Positions 1-7,317 of a stretch of DNA of 64,000 bases are shown here, piece by piece. Position numbers and translations under genes: made by a program. This stretch comes from Sphingopyxis sp. GTDB taxonomy: Bacteria > Pseudomonadota > Alphaproteobacteria > Sphingomonadales > Sphingomonadaceae. The notes beneath the pieces were generated by a model that was not told where the DNA came from, made no database searches, and saw nothing but the letters and a program-made list of their open reading frames with translations. The stretch lies in contig JAEULK010000011.1 of NCBI GenBank assembly GCA_016793775.1, forward strand, positions 2,686 through 66,685, read 5' to 3'. The first letter of the stretch is position 1. Each line of letters opens with the position of its first letter.

Positions 1-798
1 ATGCGGCAGCGTTTCGGCCTGTCTGGGATATACAACGCGACCTATCGACCGTTCTCGGTCGAACACGCGCCTCTTGGCTTCCTCAAGCGCGCGCGCGGGG
101 GCCTCGGTCCAGATGTGGGGTGCCTTCGCGTCGCCAATGGAGAAAAGCCAAAGGAAGGGAATGCAGGTCACTTCCATCGCGGGAAGCTTGCCAACGTTAG
201 TGACCTCGGCCCTCACATGAGCGCTGATAAAATCGCCATGGGTTTCACTATGCCTCAGTTCGTATCGATCAACATTTACGTTGTTTATCTTCACCCATGG
301 GCGCTGAGCCATGCGCGCAATATCGTTGGACTGAATAACGGCAAGCGCGTTTTTCTCAGCGATTCCCAGCGCATCCCCAGCCCCCTTGGCGGCCTCCTGA
401 GCGATTTCTACCGTTCTTTCAGTCGCCACGGCAGCGCGCTTCGCATACCAGGCGGCGGCAATGGCAGCGCCCATGGTGAAAGCGCCGAGGACGAGGCCGA
501 CGCCACCAAGCACGACTTGCCACCAAGACCAATGGGAACTGTCATAGGCAGCGTCAGCCGCTTTCCACTGGGCGCAAAGATCGGACTTGCGGTCATCGCG
601 GCCACGCTCGCAACCCTCATCTGGGCGCGGGGAAATTGGCTGTTCTGGGGCAGCAGGATCGGTGGGCGCGGCCTTGCTGGTTACGGCCTTGGCAGCTTGG
701 GGATTTTCGCTCTGAGCGCCGCCCTGTTTGCTTGGGCTAGCCCCTACTAAGGCTAGTCCCGCAACACCAATGAGGATGCACCTATAGCCTCTAAGCAT
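1..798 (-). CDS. Membrane-anchored hypothetical protein, 3'-truncated by the window edge (absent from the ORF track)
   Basis: Hand translation from ATG at 798 is open to base 1: MLRGYRCILIGVAGLALVGASP (signal-like)...DLCAQWKAADAA...WSWWQVVLGGVGLVLGAFTMGAAIAAAWYA (TM)...QRPWV...VTNVGKLPAMEV. The track's 1..750 + ORF is its antisense shadow. Confidence 0.75.
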   Translation of the reverse strand, partial: MLRGYRCILIGVAGLALVGASPSKQGGAQSENPQAAKAVTSKAAPTDPAAPEQPISPRPDEGCERGRDDRKSDLCAQWKAADAAYDSSHWSWWQVVLGGVGLVLGAFTMGAAIAAAWYAKRAAVATERTVEIAQEAAKGAGDALGIAEKNALAVIQSNDIARMAQRPWVKINNVNVDRYELRHSETHGDFISAHVRAEVTNVGKLPAMEVTCIPFLWLFSIGDAKAPHIWTEAPARALEEAKRRVFDRERSIGRVVYPRQAETLPH

Positions 799-992
799 TG
801 CAGCATGAACGCCGCTGAGAAGCCGCCCCGGCTGATCTTGTTGTTAAGGTTCCGCTCGTTCTCTGTGACGCCAACCGACGCCAGCTTTTCCGCAAGCTGC
901 GCATAGGTAACCCCCCGCCTTTTCAGCTCGCCTTTTAACAAGTTTTTGGCGCGAGTCTCATACTCAACGGTGGCAGGATCGGCCTTCGCCAT
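753..992 (-). CDS. DUF6471-like small HTH transcriptional regulator
   Basis: 79 aa, LLKGELKRRGVTYAQLAEKL...NLNNKISRGGFSAAF. XRE-like HTH, divergent from the transposase. Confidence 0.8.
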   Translation of the reverse strand: MAKADPATVEYETRAKNLLKGELKRRGVTYAQLAEKLASVGVTENERNLNNKISRGGFSAAFMLQCLEAIGASSLVLRD

Positions 993-1005
993 ATCAGCAT
1001 CCTTT

Positions 1006-1025
1006 TATCATCAAAAATGATGATA
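1006..1025. promoter_or_regulatory. Putative operator in the repressor/transposase divergent promoter
   Basis: Perfect inverted repeat TATCATCA-AAAA-TGATGATA, 13 bp from the HTH start; TTGACT at 1033-1038. Confidence 0.6.
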
Positions 1026-1085
1026 TAGACCCTTGACTTTGGTTATGTCTACCCTCATATCCGGTGCACAACATCACTGGATACG

Positions 1086-2060
1086 ATGACAATGACCACC
1101 AAAGGCCAACATTTCCTCCTCTCTGCCAAGGCTCGCACTCTGAGCCTCAAGGCTGTTTTCACCATGGGCGAAGAGGGCGCCTACAAGACGTTCTGCCAGA
1201 TGCGCTGGCCTGAGACGGACGGCGAGGCTGTGTGCCCGCGCTGCGGCTGTGTCGAAACCTACGACATTGCCACCCGCCGCAAGTTCAAGTGCGTTGCCTG
1301 TCACCACCAGTTCTCGGTCACCAGCGGCACGATCTTCGCCAGCCGCAAGCTGGGCTTCGTCGATCTTCTCGCCGCAATCGTCATCTTCGTGAACGGCGCC
1401 AAGGGCATTGCTGCCCTGCAACTGAGCCGCGATCTAGATTGCCAGTACAAGACCGCCTTCGTGCTTACCCACAAGCTGCGCGAAGCAATGGCGCGTGAGC
1501 AGATGGGTCGCCAGCTCGACGGCATTGTCGAAATCGACGGCGCCTATTTCGGCGGCTACGTGAAGCCGGAAAACCACAAGGACGACCGCAAGGACCGCCG
1601 TCTGGTCGCCAACCGTTCGGGCAAGCGCCAGTGCGTCGTCGTGATGCGCGAGCGCGGCGGTAAGTCGCTTCCCTTCGTCGTCGCCAACGAAGGCGACGCC
1701 GTTCCTTACGTCCGCGATCATGTCGCCAACCTTGCCGTTCTCCACGCCGACGAAGGCACCGGCTGGGATGCCCTCCACGCCGGTTGGATGACTGAGCGCG
1801 TCAATCACTCGGTCCAGTTCTTCGACAAGGGTGCATGCACCAATCAGGCCGAAAGCTATTTCAGCCGCCTTCGCCGGATGGAAGTCGGCACCCACCACCA
1901 TATCGCCGGTCCGTACATCGGCGCCTATGCCCGCGAAGCTTCATGGCGCGAAGATAACCGCCGCGTATCGAACGGCGATCAGGCTGCGATGGTAACGGCC
2001 GCGGCGATGGCCTCGCGCGTCAGCCGGGACTGGAAGGGCTACTGGCAGCGAACCAACTAA
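1086..2060 (+). CDS. IS1595-family DDE transposase with N-terminal Zn ribbon
   Basis: CPRCG...FKCVAC Zn ribbon, SVTSGTIF, EIDGAYFGG, ADE, NQAESYFSRLRR, YAREASWR; reading frame intact. Confidence 0.95.
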   Translation: MTMTTKGQHFLLSAKARTLSLKAVFTMGEEGAYKTFCQMRWPETDGEAVCPRCGCVETYDIATRRKFKCVACHHQFSVTSGTIFASRKLGFVDLLAAIVIFVNGAKGIAALQLSRDLDCQYKTAFVLTHKLREAMAREQMGRQLDGIVEIDGAYFGGYVKPENHKDDRKDRRLVANRSGKRQCVVVMRERGGKSLPFVVANEGDAVPYVRDHVANLAVLHADEGTGWDALHAGWMTERVNHSVQFFDKGACTNQAESYFSRLRRMEVGTHHHIAGPYIGAYAREASWREDNRRVSNGDQAAMVTAAAMASRVSRDWKGYWQRTN

Positions 2061-2455
2061 GAACAAGCGCCGAACACCATGGGAATCCGGGACACATAAA
2101 GCAGACCTTATATGCGCCTGTGCATAACGTGGTGTGCAAAATATGCTCTAAAATGCCCTCAGAGGGCACAGGAAGCGCGTTAACCAAGCGGAGTACTCCT
2201 CTTGGCATTTTTGCGATTGTCGCATCCACAGGGCTTTAAAACCGAAAATTTGGCACTCTCTTGCGACAAGTGCTTGCCTCTAAACCTGAACGGCCCTAAA
2301 CAGCAAAAGGCCCCGGACGGTGGAAACGTCCGAGGCCTCGAGAGCCCCGCGCTGGTGGCGGGGGATTTGCTATAGCGAGGGGGTTTTATACCCCGGGGAT
2401 AGCAAGGTCAACTGCCACCACGCGCATCAGAAGCGTTTTAATGGTGGAGTTCGAC

Positions 2456-2728
2456 ATGGCTACATACAACGTCACGATCTTGTGCGGCGCGTGCAAGTGC
2501 CCAGCGCAAACCGTCGCTAATCCGAAACCTCATGACAAGGTGACCTGTCCCAGGTGCAACCGAAGCGACCGTTTCGATAACGTCCATCGGACGGTGGGCG
2601 AGCATGTCCAATATGAGACTGCCCGCGCCCTCAATGAAAGCATGGCCCGCGCCACTCGCGGCAGCCGCTTCGTTAAGTTCAAGCCAAAGCACCTCCCCCA
2701 GCGGTCGTTCCGCTGGATTGCCGGCTAG
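2456..2728 (+). CDS. Small Zn-ribbon protein (90 aa)
   Basis: CGAC...CPRC pairs; GGTGGAG SD at 2443-2449 supports the ATG at 2456. Confidence 0.65.
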   Translation: MATYNVTILCGACKCPAQTVANPKPHDKVTCPRCNRSDRFDNVHRTVGEHVQYETARALNESMARATRGSRFVKFKPKHLPQRSFRWIAG

Positions 2729-2783
2729 AGCGATATTGAGTTTCTGAGTTTTCATTCGCCCAATCGGAAAGGGGGTGATTTCA

Positions 2784-2918
2784 TTGGCAAACAAGACCCA
2801 CGAACGTGGACGGGACGCTGGTAGCGGCCAGTTCATTCCCGTCCACGTCGCAGAACGTCGTCCTAAGACGACGGTGGTTGAGACCTATAAGGTCGGCAAG
2901 AAGGGACCGAAGAATTAA
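2784..2918 (+). CDS. 44-aa basic hypothetical protein (below the ORF-track cutoff)
   Basis: SD AAAGGGGGTGAT then TTG: MANKTHERGRDAGSGQFIPVHVAERRPKTTVVETYKVGKKGPKN, stop TAA, followed by a hairpin. Confidence 0.7.
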   Translation: MANKTHERGRDAGSGQFIPVHVAERRPKTTVVETYKVGKKGPKN

Positions 2919-2932
2919 TCGGTCCTAATATG

Positions 2933-2962
2933 GGTCGCCGGGGCTGCACGGTCCCGGCGACC
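2933..2962. terminator. Hairpin between convergent cargo units
   Basis: GGTCGCCGGG-N10-CCCGGCGACC, a 10-bp perfect stem; no clear U-tract. Confidence 0.55.
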
Positions 2963-2964
2963 AA

Positions 2965-3129
2965 TCAGGGACGAATGTTTGCGAGGCAATCCGCTGGCGG
3001 TTTTGATGCGGCCTTTTTGCGGTCCACGGACATCGACACGCCTTCGGCCTGACGATACTCGTATCGAGGCATCTTCAGATCAAAGACGACCTTAGGCCGT
3101 GCGTTCGCCCCGCTGCTCTTTTTAGACAT
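2965..3129 (-). CDS. 54-aa basic hypothetical protein coupled to the Ntn hydrolase
   Basis: GGAGG SD then ATG overlapping the last codons of the upstream gene; MSKKSSGANARPKVVFDLKMPRYEY. Confidence 0.5.
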   Translation of the reverse strand: MSKKSSGANARPKVVFDLKMPRYEYRQAEGVSMSVDRKKAASKPPADCLANIRP

Positions 3130-3970
3130 AATCTGCCTCCAAGGGGTTAAGCTTTCGATCAAAGTGATGCTTCCGTTTTATCCACTTAAAACCTTCGTGT
3201 TTCGTTACGACGCAAATGTCGGTTTCACCGCCGACGGTGTCAGCGCCGGGTAGGAAACGCACGTATGCCTTCGTTGTTTCAACCAAGAAATTTGCGAGCG
3301 CAATCGCGTCCTGTACAGGCATCGCGGGCGATATCAACGGGGCTCTGGTCCGACTTTCTATGTGGGTCAGCACCGCGTCTAAGTTTTCTGGCAACAATCC
3401 AATGTCTAAGAGCGCGTTCGGCAAAAATTGGCTGTAGCCGTTTACGATGCGGTTGATCGCTTCGGGTTGGCCGTCATAGAGGATATCAAATTCGTCCTTC
3501 CCCGCGAGGCATTCCGGCTCTGAGCACTCGCCATTCACGATCTGAATGCGCCATATTTCGCCGTGCATTTCCTTCGCGCAATTGCCCGCGATCCAGAACT
3601 GAAATTCGCTTTGCGGCTTGTCTTCCAGCTTCTGAAAATGCTCCTCAAAGAAGAACGTCCGCGCACGGTTGGCCACCTGTTCGATGGTGTAGTTTTTCGG
3701 GTCGATATGCCATTCGTCGTCTTCCGCGGTGAATCTCGCCCGAAGATCCTTGGCCAGCGTGCTAATGGAGATCGGACCGATGTTCCCCATGCCACACGTC
3801 ATCGCGGCAATTGGAAGACCCTTGCGCAGGTTGAACACCTTATTGCCGTGGGAATAGACATTGGCGATCAAGGGGCGGCCATCATCCAGCGAGGATTCAA
3901 TGAGTGATGACGCGCTATCGGCAGCAAACACGATACAGTCGTGTACTTTGACCGCGACGCAAACCGTCAT
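3122..3970 (-). CDS. Proteasome beta/HslV-like Ntn-hydrolase fold protein
   Basis: N-terminus M-TVCVAVKVHDCIVFAADS matches the Thr1...AAD pattern; GNKVF Lys; C-terminal DTVGGETDICVV; SD GAGGGGG. Confidence 0.7.
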   Translation of the reverse strand: MTVCVAVKVHDCIVFAADSASSLIESSLDDGRPLIANVYSHGNKVFNLRKGLPIAAMTCGMGNIGPISISTLAKDLRARFTAEDDEWHIDPKNYTIEQVANRARTFFFEEHFQKLEDKPQSEFQFWIAGNCAKEMHGEIWRIQIVNGECSEPECLAGKDEFDILYDGQPEAINRIVNGYSQFLPNALLDIGLLPENLDAVLTHIESRTRAPLISPAMPVQDAIALANFLVETTKAYVRFLPGADTVGGETDICVVTKHEGFKWIKRKHHFDRKLNPLEADYV

Positions 3971-4032
3971 AAATCCCCCTCACCGCCGATGAATCATAGT
4001 GTGCCGTTCATGTCAATCACTCGCGACGGCAA

Positions 4033-4467
4033 CTAACGTACCAGCTCCCATTCAAGATATTGACCGCCGCGAGTTTCAACGTTGCGAACCAATGATTGAT
4101 CGCGACGATCACGAAGGCACGTTGAGACGCGCTTGGTCATCAACCCGAGCAACTTGGGGGTCGCGGTCAATCCGCGCTGTACGATCATCTGAGCGGCAAT
4201 CTCACGCGACGTAAGCGGCTTGTTCGCAACGCGCATGATCGACAGGACGACGCGGGACATTTCGCCGCGCTTCGACCAGTCGTCGGGCGGGCGGACGAAC
4301 TTGGGGGCAATGGCGGGAATATCCAGATCGGGCGCGACCAGCTTTATCGCGGCGTCGAGCGTTTCCAGATCGCGCGCCATCTGAGCCAGCGCGTCCTGTG
4401 TCCGCGTCATCTCGCCCGCCAGTTCCGCGCGGCGCTTCACCAGCCCTGTCACCATGTAATCTGTCAT
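4033..4467 (-). CDS. Coiled-coil plus winged-helix hypothetical protein at the transposon end
   Basis: N-terminal heptads (LVKRRAELAGEM...LETLDAAIKL); C-terminal wHTH-like RVVLSIMR...PLTSREIA...LEWEL; starts 67 bp inside the terminus. Confidence 0.8.
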   Translation of the reverse strand: MTDYMVTGLVKRRAELAGEMTRTQDALAQMARDLETLDAAIKLVAPDLDIPAIAPKFVRPPDDWSKRGEMSRVVLSIMRVANKPLTSREIAAQMIVQRGLTATPKLLGLMTKRVSTCLRDRRDQSLVRNVETRGGQYLEWELVR

Positions 4468-4469
4468 GG

Positions 4470-4534
4470 TGCTACATTACGAAAAGTTCACTAGACAGGG
4501 CAGATGGTCGTTGGTGCGTTTGCTACATAATGCC
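4470..4534 (-). repeat. Transposon terminal sequence with subterminal repeat
   Basis: TGCTACATAA (4521-4530) and TGCTACATTA (4470-4479) are direct repeats 51 bp apart; terminus GGCATTATGTAGC on the - strand. Confidence 0.75.
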
Positions 4535-5260
4535 GAGCGCCTCGCCGGGATCGAGGTCGGGCAAGATGCCGGGCAGGCACGCCGCCATCAGCGACTTGCC
4601 CGCGCCGGGCGGGCCGACCATCAGCAGATTATGCCCGCCCGCCGCGGCGATTTCGAGCGCGCGCTTGGCGACCTCCTGCCCCTTGACCTGCGCGAGGTCG
4701 GCCATGCGGCGCGGCTCCTCGACCTCACCGGGGCGCGGCGGGGCGAGCAGTGCGCGGCCCTTGAAATGGTTGAGCAGCGAGAGGAGGTCGGGCGCCGCGA
4801 GCACCTCGACATTGCCCGCCCACGCCGCCTCAGGCCCCTGCGCGACGGGGCAGATCAGCCCGCGATCCTGGCTGCCCGCGTGAAGCGCCGCGAGCAGCAC
4901 CCCGGGCGAGGCGGCGACGCGGCCGTCGAGGCCGAGCTCGCCGACGACCACATAGGCGCCGATCGTTTCGGCATCGATGACGCCCATCGCGCCGAGCAGC
5001 GCCAGCGCGATGGGCAGGTCGTAGTGCGATCCCTCCTTGGGCAGGTCGGCGGGCGACAGGTTGACGGTGATGACCTTGGGCGGGAGCGACAGGCCGATCG
5101 CGGCGATCGCGGCGCGGACGCGCTCGCGGCTTTCGCCGACCGCCTTGTCGGGCAGGCCGACGACGACGAAGCGCGGCACGCCGGGGGTGATCTGGCACTG
5201 CACCTCGACCCCGCGCGCTTCGAGGCCGAGATAGGCGACGGTGGACACGATCGCGACCAT
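4535..5260 (-). pseudogene. comM: 5' half (242 codons) of comM/yifB Mg-chelatase-like AAA+ ATPase, interrupted
   Basis: GLPDKAVGESRERVRAA, VNLSPADLPKEGSHYDLPIA, VKGQEVAKRALEIAAAGGHNLLMVGPPGAGKS. After LDPGEAL it reads into the element (GIM-stop). Full ComM is about twice this length. Confidence 0.95.
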
Positions 5261-5409
5261 GGATATCCCCCAAAGCGGACCCCAAAACGGACGATGTGCC
5301 CGGTTTGTTCTCATGCCCTTTTAGGGCAAAGTCGCGCGAAGGCGAGTCTTTTCGGATGTTGGCGAAGGTGCCGCGCAGCGTGACGTTTGGGGCAAGCCCG
5401 ATTGTCGAT

Positions 5410-5438
5410 TTGACAACATACCGACTGGTCGGTATGGT
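5410..5438 (+). promoter_or_regulatory. Sigma70 promoter with TetR-type operator
   Basis: TTGACA-17 bp-TATGGT; perfect palindrome CATACCGAC-TG-GTCGGTATG (5417-5436) covers the spacer and the -10. Confidence 0.8.
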
Positions 5439-5445
5439 GATTCTT

Positions 5446-6114
5446 ATGACGACTCAGCCCCCTTGCCTTCCCTCCGCCGCGGGCGATGGCGCTGCGACGG
5501 GCAGCCGCACCCCGCGCGGCAGCGCGCGGGCGGCGTTGATCGCGGCGGCACACAGCACGGTGCGCAAGCAGGGCTATGCCGCGACGAGCGTCGACGAGAT
5601 TTGCGCCGCGGCGGGCGTCACCAAAGGCGCCTTTTTTCACCATTTTGCGTCGAAAGAGGCGCTCGCCGTCGCGGCCGCCGAGGGCTGGACCGAGCGCGCG
5701 CGGCCGATGTTCGAGCTGGCGCCGCACACCAGGCTGGACGACCCGCTCGACCGCTTGCTCGGCCATATCGATTTCCGGCTGGCGATGCTCGACGGCCCGA
5801 CCGAGGATTATACCTGCTTCGTCGGCACGATGGTGCAGGAGGCCTATTCGACCAACGACCGCATCCGCGCCGCGTGCGAGGCGAGCATCAACGCCTATTG
5901 CGAGGCGCTCGCCCCCGACATCCAGGCCGCCATGGATGTTTATGGCGCGCCCGAAGATGTCACCGCGATCGGACTCGCTCAGCATGTCCAGTCGGTGCTG
6001 CAGGGCGCCTTCGTCCTGGCGAAAACGACGAACGACCCGGCGATTGCGCGCGGCACCGTCACCCATCTGAAGCGTTATGTCCGGATGCTGTTCGGACGCG
6101 GAGGCGCGGCATGA
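5446..6114 (+). CDS. TetR/AcrR family regulator (NemR/LmrA-like)
   Basis: GYAATSVDEICAAAGVTKGAFFHHFASKEAL HTH; C-terminal CFVGTM, QGAFVLAK. Confidence 0.92.
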   Translation: MTTQPPCLPSAAGDGAATGSRTPRGSARAALIAAAHSTVRKQGYAATSVDEICAAAGVTKGAFFHHFASKEALAVAAAEGWTERARPMFELAPHTRLDDPLDRLLGHIDFRLAMLDGPTEDYTCFVGTMVQEAYSTNDRIRAACEASINAYCEALAPDIQAAMDVYGAPEDVTAIGLAQHVQSVLQGAFVLAKTTNDPAIARGTVTHLKRYVRMLFGRGGAA

Positions 6115-6184
6115 TGCGACAGGCAATTGCGGCCGCGTGCCGTCCCCGCCGACCGACGCCCCCCACCCCCGAAGGAGAGAGCAG

Positions 6185-6619
6185 ATGCCCCAGATGATTT
6201 TCGTGAACCTGCCGGTCACCGACCTTCCCAAGTCGAAAGCCTTTTACGAGGCGGTCGGCGCGGCCAACAACCCGGCCTTCACCGACGAGACCGCCGCGTG
6301 CATGGTGGTCGAGGAAGGATCGATCCACGTCATGCTGCTGACGCATGAAAAATGGGCGACCTTCACCTCGAAGGCGATCCCCGACGCCCACACGACCGCG
6401 CAGGTGCTGATCTGCGTGTCGGCCGACAGCCGCGAGGCGGTCGACGGCCAGGTCGACAAGGCGATCGCCGCGGGCGGCAAGGCCGACCCGACCCCGACGC
6501 AGGATCATGGCTTCATGTACGGCCGCAGCTTCGAGGATCCCGATGGCCATATCTGGGAAGTGATGTGGATGGACCCGGCCGCCATTCCGTTCGGCGCACC
6601 CGCCGAAGCCGAAGCCTGA
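6185..6619 (+). CDS. VOC/glyoxalase family protein
   Basis: MIFVNLPVTDLPKSKAFYEAVG...MYGRSFEDPDGHIWEVMWMD. Confidence 0.9.
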   Translation: MPQMIFVNLPVTDLPKSKAFYEAVGAANNPAFTDETAACMVVEEGSIHVMLLTHEKWATFTSKAIPDAHTTAQVLICVSADSREAVDGQVDKAIAAGGKADPTPTQDHGFMYGRSFEDPDGHIWEVMWMDPAAIPFGAPAEAEA

Positions 6620-6644
6620 CGCAGGATAGGAGAGGAGGAAGATC

Positions 6645-7061
6645 ATGGCCGACGCAGTCCCCTCCAAGGGTCAGACGATCGCCGGCCGCATCTTGGGCGG
6701 GCTGGTGATCCTCTTCCTCCTCTTCGACGCCGGCCTGAAGCTGATCGCGCCGCAAATCGCGATCATGCATAGCCCGTCCGGCCTCGGATGGCCGCTCGAC
6801 GGTCCGACAATGTATCTGCTCGGCCTCCTGCTGCTGATCCCGACGTTGCTCCATATCTGGCGGCCGACCGCGGTCCTCGGCGCGATCCTGATCACCGGCT
6901 ATCTCGGCGGCGCGATCGCGACGCACGTCCGGATCGGCAGCCCGTTGTTCAGCCACAGCCTGTTCGGGGTCTATCTGGGCCTGATGCTGTGGGGCGGGCT
7001 GTGGCTGCGCGACCCGCGCGTCCGCGCGCTGATCCCCTTTGCGAAAGGAGCCGCAGCATGA
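6645..7061 (+). CDS. DoxX-like membrane protein
   Basis: FLLFDAGLKL...LGAILITGYLGGAIATHVRIG. Confidence 0.85.
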   Translation: MADAVPSKGQTIAGRILGGLVILFLLFDAGLKLIAPQIAIMHSPSGLGWPLDGPTMYLLGLLLLIPTLLHIWRPTAVLGAILITGYLGGAIATHVRIGSPLFSHSLFGVYLGLMLWGGLWLRDPRVRALIPFAKGAAA

Positions 7062-7276
7062 GCTTCCAGGCCTATGTGGACAATGTCGCGGCCAAGACCG
7101 GCAAATCGCCCGAGGATCTGAAGGCGATCGCGATCGAAAAGGGACTCGCCGACGACGAGGGGCTGGCCCCCGGGGTCAAGGCCGGCACGATCATCGACTG
7201 GCTGAAGCAGGATTACGACCTCGGCCACGGCCACGCCATGTCGATCGTCGCCTATCTCAAAGGCAAACGGAGCTAG
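7058..7276 (+). CDS. DUF4287-like small protein
   Basis: MSFQAYVDNVAAKTGKSP...WLKQDYDLGHGHAMSIVAYLK; ATGA overlap with the DoxX stop. Confidence 0.85.
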   Translation: MSFQAYVDNVAAKTGKSPEDLKAIAIEKGLADDEGLAPGVKAGTIIDWLKQDYDLGHGHAMSIVAYLKGKRS

Positions 7277-7317
7277 ACTCCGTTTTCAACCAAACGACGC
7301 GATCAAAGGAGAGGATC

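Larger units (their letters stand above)
1..4534. mobile_element. Cargo-carrying IS1595-family transposon inserted in comM; only one end is in the window
   Basis: IS1595-type DDE transposase at 1086-2060. comM homology stops abruptly at 4535 and is replaced by GGCATTATGTAGC (- strand), which resembles ends I recall for ISNwi1-like IS1595 elements. Composition is visibly more AT-rich than the flank. The other end and the comM 3' half lie left of the window. Confidence 0.85.

Noticed and set aside
1-750. 249-aa + strand ORF in the track
   Set aside because: Antisense to a longer minus-strand frame (1-798) that has signal, TM and family-like motifs; it has no motifs of its own.
2020-2229. 69-aa minus ORF; also 2320-2520 (+) and 2438-2836 (-)
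   Set aside because: No SD or motifs; they overlap the transposase end, the structured leader or better-supported small genes.
4523-5314. comM as a complete 263-aa gene
   Set aside because: The last residues (GIM-stop) come from the transposon end, and the extra N-terminal 18 aa precede the conserved start.
5296-5445. N-terminal extension of the TetR ORF
   Set aside because: Runs through the promoter and operator; ATG 5446 fits better.
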